From Candidatus Latescibacterota bacterium (lineage in GTDB: Bacteria > Latescibacterota > UBA2968 > UBA8231): a stretch of 64,000 bases of DNA. The stretch covers positions 3,680,001 to 3,744,000 of the forward strand of contig CBDETY010000003.1 of NCBI GenBank assembly GCA_965243025.1. The letters are read 5' to 3'. A program made the translations under genes and the position numbers. Below the pieces are notes generated by a model. That model was not told the origin of the DNA, did not search any database, and worked only from the letters and a program-made list of their open reading frames with translations. Positions 19,212 to 27,755 of this stretch are shown here, in pieces; positions within the stretch are counted from its first letter, which is position 1; each line of letters begins with the position of its first letter.

Positions 19212-19369
19212 AGTCAGACTCCTTCAGCTAAGGGATGGAGGGGGTTGATTCATGCAAATACAGGAACAACGAAAGTCCGATTCAAGCCTTTTGACTGACC
19301 GGTCAACCTCCTTGCCGCTGTCCCCTCTCGACCGGGACTCGGAGGTATCCGCCTGAGTCAAGATGCTAA

Positions 19370-19398
19370 TAACTACGTAATCGACCATCGAATGTCAA
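19370..19398 (-). promoter_or_regulatory. Putative sigma70-type promoter for the 300 aa gene
   Basis: Perfect TTGACA (19398-19393), 17-nt spacer, then TAGTTA (imperfect -10), in an AT-rich intergenic region. Confidence 0.45.
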
Positions 19399-19474
19399 GG
19401 ATTAAGTTGAGGGCCGGCGGGGTTTCCGCGCCGGAGTTGATCAGCCTTAACTTCATATTTTGCAATAGGTTGTA

Positions 19475-22435
19475 CTAATCCAGTCCCGCGAATATCGACA
19501 CGAAGGTCAACCCGGCCGTCTCGGTCTTCCGCGACCCGTCCACCACTTCGAGGGAACGCCGGTCGATGCGGATACCCCCCTGCAGGGTCAGGCCGTAGCC
19601 GAGATACTCGCTCCTGTTGGTAAGCTGGAGGGCGAGGACGGAGCCCAGGAAATCACCGGTGAACCGGCCTGCTGCAATGTCGTCCTCGTCCTCTATCAGA
19701 CTGTAGTAGAACCGCTGCTCGTAGCCGAGTTGAAGCCGGGTATGGCGCAGCAGGGGAAAACTGGCCTGCAGAAATATCAGTCCATCCCACGTGCGCCTCT
19801 CGACCAGGTCTCTCCCGAATGGCGTCTCTCGCAGGAACTCGCTCTTGACCCGGGGGTCGAGCTGGAACATTCCCAGGTCGAAAACGTAATCCGCCTTGTT
19901 GATGATCCCGAAAAACCCGGAACTCTCACGCCCGTTGCGCCCCTCCGGTCCCAGTGGGTCGAACAGCACGACAGGTGCCCCGTCCCCGTCCAGCAGCCTT
20001 TCGCCGTTTTCATCGAGTGCGAATTCGACTTCTGCGTTGCGCTGGCGCCAGCGGTCCCACTTGAACCTGTGCATGGTTGCCCAGCCGCGGGAGCTGGCAT
20101 AGCTCCATTCGGCGTAGAGGGTGTTTATCCATGTGTCCCGCGCCGCCAGTCGGTCTTCAATCGGCGTCAGCCGCCCCGCGCTCTCCGAAGCCAGGCCGAA
20201 GTCGGCTCTTGGTATGACCCACTGGACCAGGTGGTCGGGTATGTCGTCCCTGGCAAGCTTCAGCATGTCGAACAGACGGACCCGCCCCCAGCCGGGGTTG
20301 TCGTGATCGAGAGCGAACATCGCGTACGAGGTGACGTTCTCGCGCTCGCTCTTCCGCAGTTCCTGCCGAAGCTGCCCGAGGCGCACCTTGGCATCCGGGC
20401 CGAACTGCAGGCCGCCGTAGGCGTTGTAACCGTGATGGTCCTTCTTGTACGGGTAGTCCGGGTCGTCGTCGTTCTCGAAACGCTCAACCCAGCCGTTGTT
20501 GTTGAGATCGATTCCGTAGAGGAATTCGGGACGGTCACTCCGGTAGCGGAGAAACGGCTCGTCGTAGTCCGGGAAGAGGTTGCGGCGGTCGAATATGTTG
20601 TTCTGGTTGAAATCGGAGATGAAATCCCCGTTCTCGTCGTACCCGGGGAACACTTCCGGATCGGCCCGACCCCTGGGTTCGGTCGTGGTCGCCTGGAGTC
20701 CCTCCTGGGGTATCAGGCTGCCTTCACCGATTCGCAGCTGGTCGGGGTGTCTGTCGTTGTCGTCGTTGTCGTCGACGAAGTCGTAGAGCTCGTTGGTGGC
20801 CTCGGGCGAGTAATCGGTGTTGCCCGCCTCGCGCAGCGGCAGCACGCTGGTCGAATACTCGTCATCCATGCCGAATCCCTCGACGAACAGGGACGCCGGC
20901 CCGCTGCGCCACGAAAGATTGGCCAGCCAGCCGAGTGCGTGTCTGTCCCCCTGGATGCCGGATATTGCGCGGTGCTCCTTGCGGTTGATTGCCGGGTACT
21001 TGCGGTACTGGGTGTTCAAATTGGCCTCGCCGTAGAAGTCGAAACCGTGAAAATCCCTGATTTCGGTTGTCAAACCGACGATCTGCGTCGCCGTGGGAAT
21101 TCCGTAATCGAACACCACCTCGCGCTGGTTCAGCTGATTCTTGATGTTGCCTTCGGCGCGCGCCGCGACGCGGAATTGAGGCACTCCGAAGCGGTCGGTC
21201 TGACGGTTGGAGCTCATCTCCACGCGGTAGTCGTTGGCGAGCACCAGCCGCACCCGCACGTTGCGGATATTGTCGATCGCCGCCTCGGCTTCGTCTGTCG
21301 TGAGGTCGAGTTGCTGCTGCAGCCTTGCGCGCAGCGTCCCCGATTCATCGTCGCCTTCCCCGGGAGCCAGCACGTACCGCAACAGGATGTCCTCGGGGCC
21401 GTCGGCGGTCAGGAATCCCTGCAGAACCTTGCCCCCTTCGATTGACGGACGAAATCCGAGATCGTTGGCAGAGAAAGTGGTGTCTGTCGCCACCATCATC
21501 TCCTCGCCTTCGATGAGGGTTTCGCGCAGGAGAGTGGTCGTGATTTCGATGTCATCGCTGAACAGGACCGCTCCCCCCTCGTTGTCTTCCGGGGAATCGT
21601 CAGCCAGGCGGAGTACCAGCAGATCGAGGCGTTGACCGAGCTGTTCGCTGTTCAGCCTGCCCGTGAAGGCGTTGCCCTCGAACGCACCGGCGGCGCCTGT
21701 TCCGTTGTGGCTGTTGACGAAGGTCATTCCCAGGGTCAGAAAATCGCTGACGTCAGCGGTGGTCCTGACCGCGGCGAGGTTCGTGAAATGCTGAAAAGTG
21801 GATGAACCCGCCCCGAGCATGGGGAAGGAGATGCGCGAGAAAAGGCCGGTGGTGTGAAATCGCTCCGCCGTGTACTCGGTCACAACCCCGTTGAAACCCG
21901 CCTTGCGGAAGGTCATCGGGGTCAGGGTCATGTTGATCTCGTCTCCGACCATGACGGTGAAACCGCGGCCGCGGCTGATGTCCGATGCGATTACCAGGCG
22001 GTTGAACCAGTTGTGGTAGCGGCTTGCCGAAACGATGCGCGACGAACTGGAAATCACCGGCTGCACCTGCTGCCAGCTGTACACCACCCACCCCCGGGTG
22101 ACCAGGTCCCCGAAGAAATCGTAGTAGTAGTCACCCTCGAGGCCGGCATTTACATAGCGCTGCTGCCGGCGCTTTGCCCAGTTGGTGTACGACCACTGCT
22201 GGCGCCCGTACTCGCTGAAATGCGCCGGACCGAGATACCACCTCTGAATGGCGGGATCGAGGGCGTCCATGTAGTTGGAAACCCCCGGTGTGCGGTACAA
22301 CAGGCGGCCACCCACCCGGTCGCCCAGCCTGCCGCCATAATCGGCAGCTTGCCCTCGCAGTGGAGATTGCCCGAGCAGGAGCAGACAGAACGCCCCCGCC
22401 AGAGCGGCCGTCACATGACCGTTGCGCGGGTTCAT
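19475..22435 (-). CDS. Large exported protein, probable outer-membrane beta-rich protein with Ca-binding acidic repeats (paralog B)
   Basis: 986 aa. Signal peptide then DYGGRLG; LTPMTFRKAGFNG; DDNDDNDRHPD; DENGDFISDFNQN; GIDLNNNGW; amphipathic beta-strand pattern in the C-terminal third. Confidence 0.65.
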   Translation of the reverse strand: MNPRNGHVTAALAGAFCLLLLGQSPLRGQAADYGGRLGDRVGGRLLYRTPGVSNYMDALDPAIQRWYLGPAHFSEYGRQQWSYTNWAKRRQQRYVNAGLEGDYYYDFFGDLVTRGWVVYSWQQVQPVISSSSRIVSASRYHNWFNRLVIASDISRGRGFTVMVGDEINMTLTPMTFRKAGFNGVVTEYTAERFHTTGLFSRISFPMLGAGSSTFQHFTNLAAVRTTADVSDFLTLGMTFVNSHNGTGAAGAFEGNAFTGRLNSEQLGQRLDLLVLRLADDSPEDNEGGAVLFSDDIEITTTLLRETLIEGEEMMVATDTTFSANDLGFRPSIEGGKVLQGFLTADGPEDILLRYVLAPGEGDDESGTLRARLQQQLDLTTDEAEAAIDNIRNVRVRLVLANDYRVEMSSNRQTDRFGVPQFRVAARAEGNIKNQLNQREVVFDYGIPTATQIVGLTTEIRDFHGFDFYGEANLNTQYRKYPAINRKEHRAISGIQGDRHALGWLANLSWRSGPASLFVEGFGMDDEYSTSVLPLREAGNTDYSPEATNELYDFVDDNDDNDRHPDQLRIGEGSLIPQEGLQATTTEPRGRADPEVFPGYDENGDFISDFNQNNIFDRRNLFPDYDEPFLRYRSDRPEFLYGIDLNNNGWVERFENDDDPDYPYKKDHHGYNAYGGLQFGPDAKVRLGQLRQELRKSERENVTSYAMFALDHDNPGWGRVRLFDMLKLARDDIPDHLVQWVIPRADFGLASESAGRLTPIEDRLAARDTWINTLYAEWSYASSRGWATMHRFKWDRWRQRNAEVEFALDENGERLLDGDGAPVVLFDPLGPEGRNGRESSGFFGIINKADYVFDLGMFQLDPRVKSEFLRETPFGRDLVERRTWDGLIFLQASFPLLRHTRLQLGYEQRFYYSLIEDEDDIAAGRFTGDFLGSVLALQLTNRSEYLGYGLTLQGGIRIDRRSLEVVDGSRKTETAGLTFVSIFAGLD

Positions 22436-22437
22436 TT

Positions 22438-25215
22438 CTACTCCACTCCAGCGTAGATCGTCATGAAGCTCGTGGTTTCCGTTCTGCCTTCGGACATCTT
22501 TTCGAACACACCCGGCGAACTCTGTTCCACGGCCTCCGAAAGGATACGGCCGACCCGGAAACCGATCTGGGTGGTCAGCCGGTAGCCCAGGTATTGCGAG
22601 TTGTTGGTCAGTTGCAGGGCGAAGATCGCCGAGCGTTGATCACCCGTCGGCCCGGTGATCCCCAGGTCGACCATCTCGTCTTCATCCGTCTCCTGGTCGG
22701 CAAACTGAGCCAGCTCGACGCCTCCTGTAACGACGCTCCTGCTGAGCACCGGAAACTGGGCGAGGAGGATCGCCAGGCCCGTCCATTCCTTCCGGTCGTC
22801 CATCTCCTTCAGAAATGCATCCTGCCGCAGGAGTTCGCTCTTCAGCTTCGGCTGCAGGTCGAGGTTCCCGATGGAGTAGTCAGCCTCGATCTTGTTGATA
22901 ATCCCGATGAAGTTGGTCGTGCCGTTCAGCTCGCGCCCCTCGATGTCCTGCGCTTCTTTCGAAACCTGATTGTAAAACTCGTACTTCATCTTGTTGACCA
23001 ACTTCAGCCGCGGAATCGCCGTATAGTCGAACCCCAGCCAGGCTGTGTTTATCCACGTGTCCGGCGCGTTGAGGAGATCCTCGACGAGCGGTTGGGGGGG
23101 AGCACTGCGGAAGGGGGACGGTGCCCTGCGGTCGTCGGGGATGGTATCGGCGGCCCGCTTGAGCATGTCGAACACCCGCACTCGGCCCAGCCGGGCAAAA
23201 TCCTTGTCGAAGGTGAACATCCCGTAGGTCGTGCGGTTGTCGCGTTTGTCCGAGAGCATGCGCTCGTCAAGGCGTCCCACGAACACGCGCGTCTCCGGGG
23301 TCAGGTGGGTGCCTGCAAAGAAGTTGTAGCCGCGGCGGTCCGCTTTGTACGGATAGTCGGGCAACTCATCGTCCTCGAAGCGATCGATCCAGCCGTTGTT
23401 GTTCAGGTCGATCCCGAACAGGTACTCCGGGCGGTCGACGTGGTGGCGCAGGAAAGGCTCTTCATAGTCGGCGATGATGTTGGGAACCGAGGTGTTGTCG
23501 TTCTGGTTGAAGTCGGAGATGAAGTCGTTGTTCTCGTCCCAACCGGGAAAGACATTGAAGTCCGCGGCCTGGCTGCCGACTCGAGCCCAGTCGGGCCTGC
23601 TGTCCTGATCGTCGTTGTCCTCGACGAACTCGTAAACCGAATTCAGGGGAAAGTCGTAGGTGAAATCTCCCTCGTCGTCGGTCACGTAAGCACTTGTCGA
23701 GTAGTCGTGATCTATTGTATACAGCTCGGCGAACCCGAAGTAGGGATATTCCTGTTTGGACAACGTGAAGATGCCCGCATCCGCTTGCTCGGACGAAATT
23801 TCATGGCCCTCGTCCGCCGCAAAAAGCGCCGCGTTCGGATACTGCGCATAGCGGATATTGCGGTCCCACTCGCCGTAGAAATCAAACCCGGCTATATCCG
23901 TCCCCTCGATGGTGAATCCCCCGACGAGGTTGGCGGTCGGCAATCCGTAGTTGAACTTCACGACCTGGACATTCGAGATGTCCCTGATGTTTCCCGCCGC
24001 CCGCTTGACGTTGAGCAGCACCGGCTCGGACTCGTCGATGACCGTGGCGGTCAAAGGCGCCGCCGGAACCGGGCGGCGCCCCGTCTGCCGGTTGGACCAC
24101 ATGTCGATCCGGTAGTCGTTGGCGAGGAGGTACTCGAACTCTACGTCGACGATGCTGGTCAGGTCCGGGCCGACGTACGCCGGATCGGTGAAGTCGTAGT
24201 TGATCACGATCCGTTCGCTGCCGTCGGCGGCAAGGAATCCTTCGCGCTCGAGACCGCCGAAAATGGTCGGCCACTCCGTTCCGGAACGGACCACCTCCTC
24301 GAGGGTGAAGACAGTTTCCATACCGGTCTCGAAGTCCCTGCTGCGGATGCGGATGTCGTGGCTGAAAAGCGCCGCTCCGCCCTCGTTGTCGTCAGGGCTG
24401 TCGTCGCTGAGAACGATGGCCACCGCAGAGACCGGGGTGCTGCTCTGTCCCGCGGTCAGGTTTCCGGCGACGAAGTTCCCGGTGAACATGTCGAGGGAGG
24501 TGTTGGCTCCGCGGGCGTCTACCAACGTACCTCCCAGGGTGATGAAATCGCCGACCTGCACCGTGGCGCGGCCACCGACGAGGCTGGTGGAGTTGGTCCG
24601 CTTGCGGGGGGTATTGGTGGTTCCCGCGGCCGGGTCGCTGATGCGGGAAGCGATGACCGTGGCGGCGTATTTGTCCGCCGCGAAATCGATCTGGAGACCG
24701 TTGAAGTCCGGCTTGGAGAAGGTCATCGGCGTGAGGGTCGTGCGGATCCGGTTGCCCAGGGTGATCGCGTAGGCGTACTGGCCCTTGGCGTCGCTGCTGA
24801 CAGCGAGGCTGCTGAAGAAGTTGTCGAACCTGCTGCCCTTGAAGATTCCCGAGCCCTCCTGCTGCGGCTGGTCCTGGCGCCAGTCGTAGATCAGCCAGCC
24901 CCTGCTGACGTAGTCTCCGAAGAAATCGTAGAAGTAATCTCCCTCCAGGGCTGTATTGACATAGCGCTGATAATGAGTGCGCGCGTAGTTGGAGTATTCC
25001 CACTGGCGCCAGCGGTATTCATTATACAGTTCCTGAGGCACGTACCATCTCTTTACCGTCGGATCCAAAGCTCCGAAGACCACTCCCGGCCCCTTGGGCT
25101 CGAACGACACAGCACCCCCCCGTTGGACCCCGAGGCGGCTGCCGTAATCCTGTGCCAAAGTCGCCGTCGCGGTCACGGCCAGGAACGCAATTACCGATCC
25201 TGCACGGATATTCAA
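22438..25215 (-). CDS. Large exported protein, probable outer-membrane beta-rich protein with Ca-binding acidic repeats (paralog A)
   Basis: 925 aa, collinear with 19475-22435 (DYGSRLG, LEGDYFYDFFG, LTPMTFSKPDFNG, DDSPDDNEGGA, GIDLNNNGW). 2-bp gap to the next gene. RBS AGGGAGGAG, TTG start. Confidence 0.65.
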   Translation of the reverse strand: MNIRAGSVIAFLAVTATATLAQDYGSRLGVQRGGAVSFEPKGPGVVFGALDPTVKRWYVPQELYNEYRWRQWEYSNYARTHYQRYVNTALEGDYFYDFFGDYVSRGWLIYDWRQDQPQQEGSGIFKGSRFDNFFSSLAVSSDAKGQYAYAITLGNRIRTTLTPMTFSKPDFNGLQIDFAADKYAATVIASRISDPAAGTTNTPRKRTNSTSLVGGRATVQVGDFITLGGTLVDARGANTSLDMFTGNFVAGNLTAGQSSTPVSAVAIVLSDDSPDDNEGGAALFSHDIRIRSRDFETGMETVFTLEEVVRSGTEWPTIFGGLEREGFLAADGSERIVINYDFTDPAYVGPDLTSIVDVEFEYLLANDYRIDMWSNRQTGRRPVPAAPLTATVIDESEPVLLNVKRAAGNIRDISNVQVVKFNYGLPTANLVGGFTIEGTDIAGFDFYGEWDRNIRYAQYPNAALFAADEGHEISSEQADAGIFTLSKQEYPYFGFAELYTIDHDYSTSAYVTDDEGDFTYDFPLNSVYEFVEDNDDQDSRPDWARVGSQAADFNVFPGWDENNDFISDFNQNDNTSVPNIIADYEEPFLRHHVDRPEYLFGIDLNNNGWIDRFEDDELPDYPYKADRRGYNFFAGTHLTPETRVFVGRLDERMLSDKRDNRTTYGMFTFDKDFARLGRVRVFDMLKRAADTIPDDRRAPSPFRSAPPQPLVEDLLNAPDTWINTAWLGFDYTAIPRLKLVNKMKYEFYNQVSKEAQDIEGRELNGTTNFIGIINKIEADYSIGNLDLQPKLKSELLRQDAFLKEMDDRKEWTGLAILLAQFPVLSRSVVTGGVELAQFADQETDEDEMVDLGITGPTGDQRSAIFALQLTNNSQYLGYRLTTQIGFRVGRILSEAVEQSSPGVFEKMSEGRTETTSFMTIYAGVE

Positions 25216-25261
25216 GGCTGACTCCTCCCTTGGTTACAGCTGAAACTCTGGTAGTCCCGGC

Positions 25262-27502
25262 TCAGAAAGCCAGGCTGACTATACCTGGTATCTTTTCCAC
25301 CCCGGTTCCGGCGTCGAGGGTGACGACGAAGATGTAGTTTCCAGGAGGCATCAGATCTCCCGCTTCGTTGCGACCGTCCCAATGCTGGGTGAAACGGCCG
25401 CTGGACTTGAGCCCGCTGTAGATTCTGATGCGCCTCCCCGACAGGTCGTAGATTGCGAAATCGAGCTGGGTGGGTCTGGCGATGTTGGTGATATCACAGG
25501 CTATCGACACGGATTCGTTGATGCCGTCCCCGTTTGGTGAAAACGCCGCCGGGGTCGCCGTGACGTTGACCAGCAGCTTGTCGATGACCGGTACATCGAC
25601 GAACAGGTTGCGCAACACCGGTGTTCCGATCGGGTCGGTGTCGGGGTCGGTTTGCCCTGAACGGCTCAGGTCCGCTGCATTTCCCGGCTCGAGTGGCTGA
25701 CCGAAGACCGGATCCTGCTCGTTCAGGGCCTCCCCGCTGAAGCGGGTTCCGACCCGCAGGACGGTGCTGTGAAAATCGACCCGCAACAGGGTGCCGGTTT
25801 CATCGATGTGCGGGAATTCCAGTGTGAAGCCGCTGGTGTCGTTTTCCACGACGGTGAAATCGCCTGCGGCCGCGGGAGTATCGGTTACCGACATGCCGGT
25901 GAAATCGCTCTCGTGGCGAACCGCACCGTCAGCTGAAAAGATCTGCACCGAGCCGATGTTCCGGGTCTGCAGCGGAGTGGTGATGCGCAGGCTGCCGAAC
26001 CCGAGATCCAGACCCTTGCTCGTGTAGAGGACGGCGTAGGTGAAAGCGGTTTCCTCTCCGAGAATCGCCGAACGGGGAAAGATCTCCGCAAGAAGTGAAT
26101 CGGCAAACACCGGACGCGAAACGTCGAAACCCAGCCCCCCGATGCCGGTTGCCGAATCGAAGGTTTCGTTGGCGAAGCCGATCCTGAACTGGAAGTAGCG
26201 CCTTGTACCGCTGGTGACGATGGGAACGCCCGCGGTCGCCTCCTCGAGAGCTGCCTCGTCCACGACCCCGTTCATAGTGTAAGGGGGGGACCAGGCGCTC
26301 CAGTTGGTCAGGTCGTCCCTGATCGCGGACCTGGCGTCCTGGTCCAGGCCGAAATAGGAGGCGTTGTCGAGGGTGATCGATTGCCGCTCCTCGAGGGAAA
26401 GGTTGTTGAAGGTCAGCAGCGATTCGCGGCCGTCCCCGTCGGGATTGTCGAGCACGGTCTCGATCAAGGCTGCCAGGTCGGCGTCCTCGACCTCGGATGC
26501 AGGCTTCCAGGGGGCGTCGATCGGGATATCCTCCACGGTCGCCCCGCGGCGCACGACCCTGCCGGAGGGCTGCACGCCGATGCGGGTGTACTCGACCGGA
26601 TCGGGATCGTTGCCCGAACGAGTCTGGATGAATACCTGGGAACGATCCGGGTCTCCGAGCTGTTCCTGGGTCCAACGGATGTTTCCGAGAATGGCGCGCT
26701 CACCGAAGTCGAAAACGTTCGAGACGTAGGTGGCCTGGGGTACGAAGCCATCGCTGAAAACCTGCATCTCCGCGATCTCGAAGCCAACGGAGGACAGGGA
26801 TTTCAGCCGGATGTGGCGGACGAACTGGGTCGGTATTCTCAGGTCGACGACAGCCTCCTCGTTCTGTCCTTCGAGGGCGATCGTTTCCCAGATCAGGGCC
26901 CCGTCTCGCACCGATTCCGGGGCGCCGTCGTTGACGAACAGTTCGTAACCCTTGATGAACTCGCGCTGGTTGGGAAATGCCGGGGCCGGGTAATCCTCGG
27001 CGGCGTTGCGCGGAAAGAAACGGAAGCGGTTGACGCCGAATACCGACCCGAGATCGAACTGCATGATCAACCCGAACGCGCCGGCGCTCGATCCGGCCGA
27101 CAGCGCCTTAACCTCGAGAGCGGTGTTGCCGTCGCCGTCGTACATGTTGGGAAAGTTGCCCTCGAGCGTGCGAAAAGAAGGCAGCGGCGTGAAAACCTGC
27201 CCGCCTCGATCGACAACTCCCAGGAGAATGTTGTCGGAGGTGTCGGCCTGCTGCGGAAAGATCCAGCCAGGTCTGTCGAGCAGGTCAAAGTCGATAACCC
27301 CACCCGGGGTGTTGGTTTCATCGACGTTCCTGTCGTCGAGAATCACGGTGGCAGGAATATCCCCTCCACCGCTTTCCCAAGGCAGGCCGGTAACCCCGAC
27401 GACCATGGATTCGGTCGTGGCATCTGAAACTCCGGCCGAGAGGAGGGCAAACGCACAGATTGCTGCAAAAACCGGGGCTCGGGCAGCGTCGAGTTTGGTC
27501 AT
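25262..27502 (-). CDS. Secreted 746 aa discoidin-like/FlgD-Ig protein (divergent paralog, first gene of the cluster)
   Basis: Signal peptide; NMYDGDGNTA; FDLGSVFGVNRFRFFP; FEIAEMQVFSDGF; RSGNDPDP; FSPNGDGINE; WDGRNEAG...PGNY. Confidence 0.8.
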   Translation of the reverse strand: MTKLDAARAPVFAAICAFALLSAGVSDATTESMVVGVTGLPWESGGGDIPATVILDDRNVDETNTPGGVIDFDLLDRPGWIFPQQADTSDNILLGVVDRGGQVFTPLPSFRTLEGNFPNMYDGDGNTALEVKALSAGSSAGAFGLIMQFDLGSVFGVNRFRFFPRNAAEDYPAPAFPNQREFIKGYELFVNDGAPESVRDGALIWETIALEGQNEEAVVDLRIPTQFVRHIRLKSLSSVGFEIAEMQVFSDGFVPQATYVSNVFDFGERAILGNIRWTQEQLGDPDRSQVFIQTRSGNDPDPVEYTRIGVQPSGRVVRRGATVEDIPIDAPWKPASEVEDADLAALIETVLDNPDGDGRESLLTFNNLSLEERQSITLDNASYFGLDQDARSAIRDDLTNWSAWSPPYTMNGVVDEAALEEATAGVPIVTSGTRRYFQFRIGFANETFDSATGIGGLGFDVSRPVFADSLLAEIFPRSAILGEETAFTYAVLYTSKGLDLGFGSLRITTPLQTRNIGSVQIFSADGAVRHESDFTGMSVTDTPAAAGDFTVVENDTSGFTLEFPHIDETGTLLRVDFHSTVLRVGTRFSGEALNEQDPVFGQPLEPGNAADLSRSGQTDPDTDPIGTPVLRNLFVDVPVIDKLLVNVTATPAAFSPNGDGINESVSIACDITNIARPTQLDFAIYDLSGRRIRIYSGLKSSGRFTQHWDGRNEAGDLMPPGNYIFVVTLDAGTGVEKIPGIVSLAF

Positions 27503-27700
27503 ATTCGATGGCTTCTCCGGGCAGGTGGAGACCGGATCGATTATGATTTATGGGAAGGGTGAGTGTAGTTTGTATGGCAACCGGGACATGCGCCCACGGG
27601 AACGAGCGTGGTGCAAATGAACAGCGAAAAAGTCGGGTGGTCAAGTAATTAAATGTATCGTGACAACGTTCCGGTCGTCTGGGGAGGATCTGCCGACAGG
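27503..27700. promoter_or_regulatory. AT-rich divergent promoter region
   Basis: Lies between divergent genes and is AT-rich. TTGACC on the minus strand at 27644-27639, but no clean -10. Confidence 0.35.
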
Positions 27701-27755
27701 TATGTCAACACCCTTTCCTGAATGGCCTTCGGTCCGCGGCGACAAAAAGCCTCAA

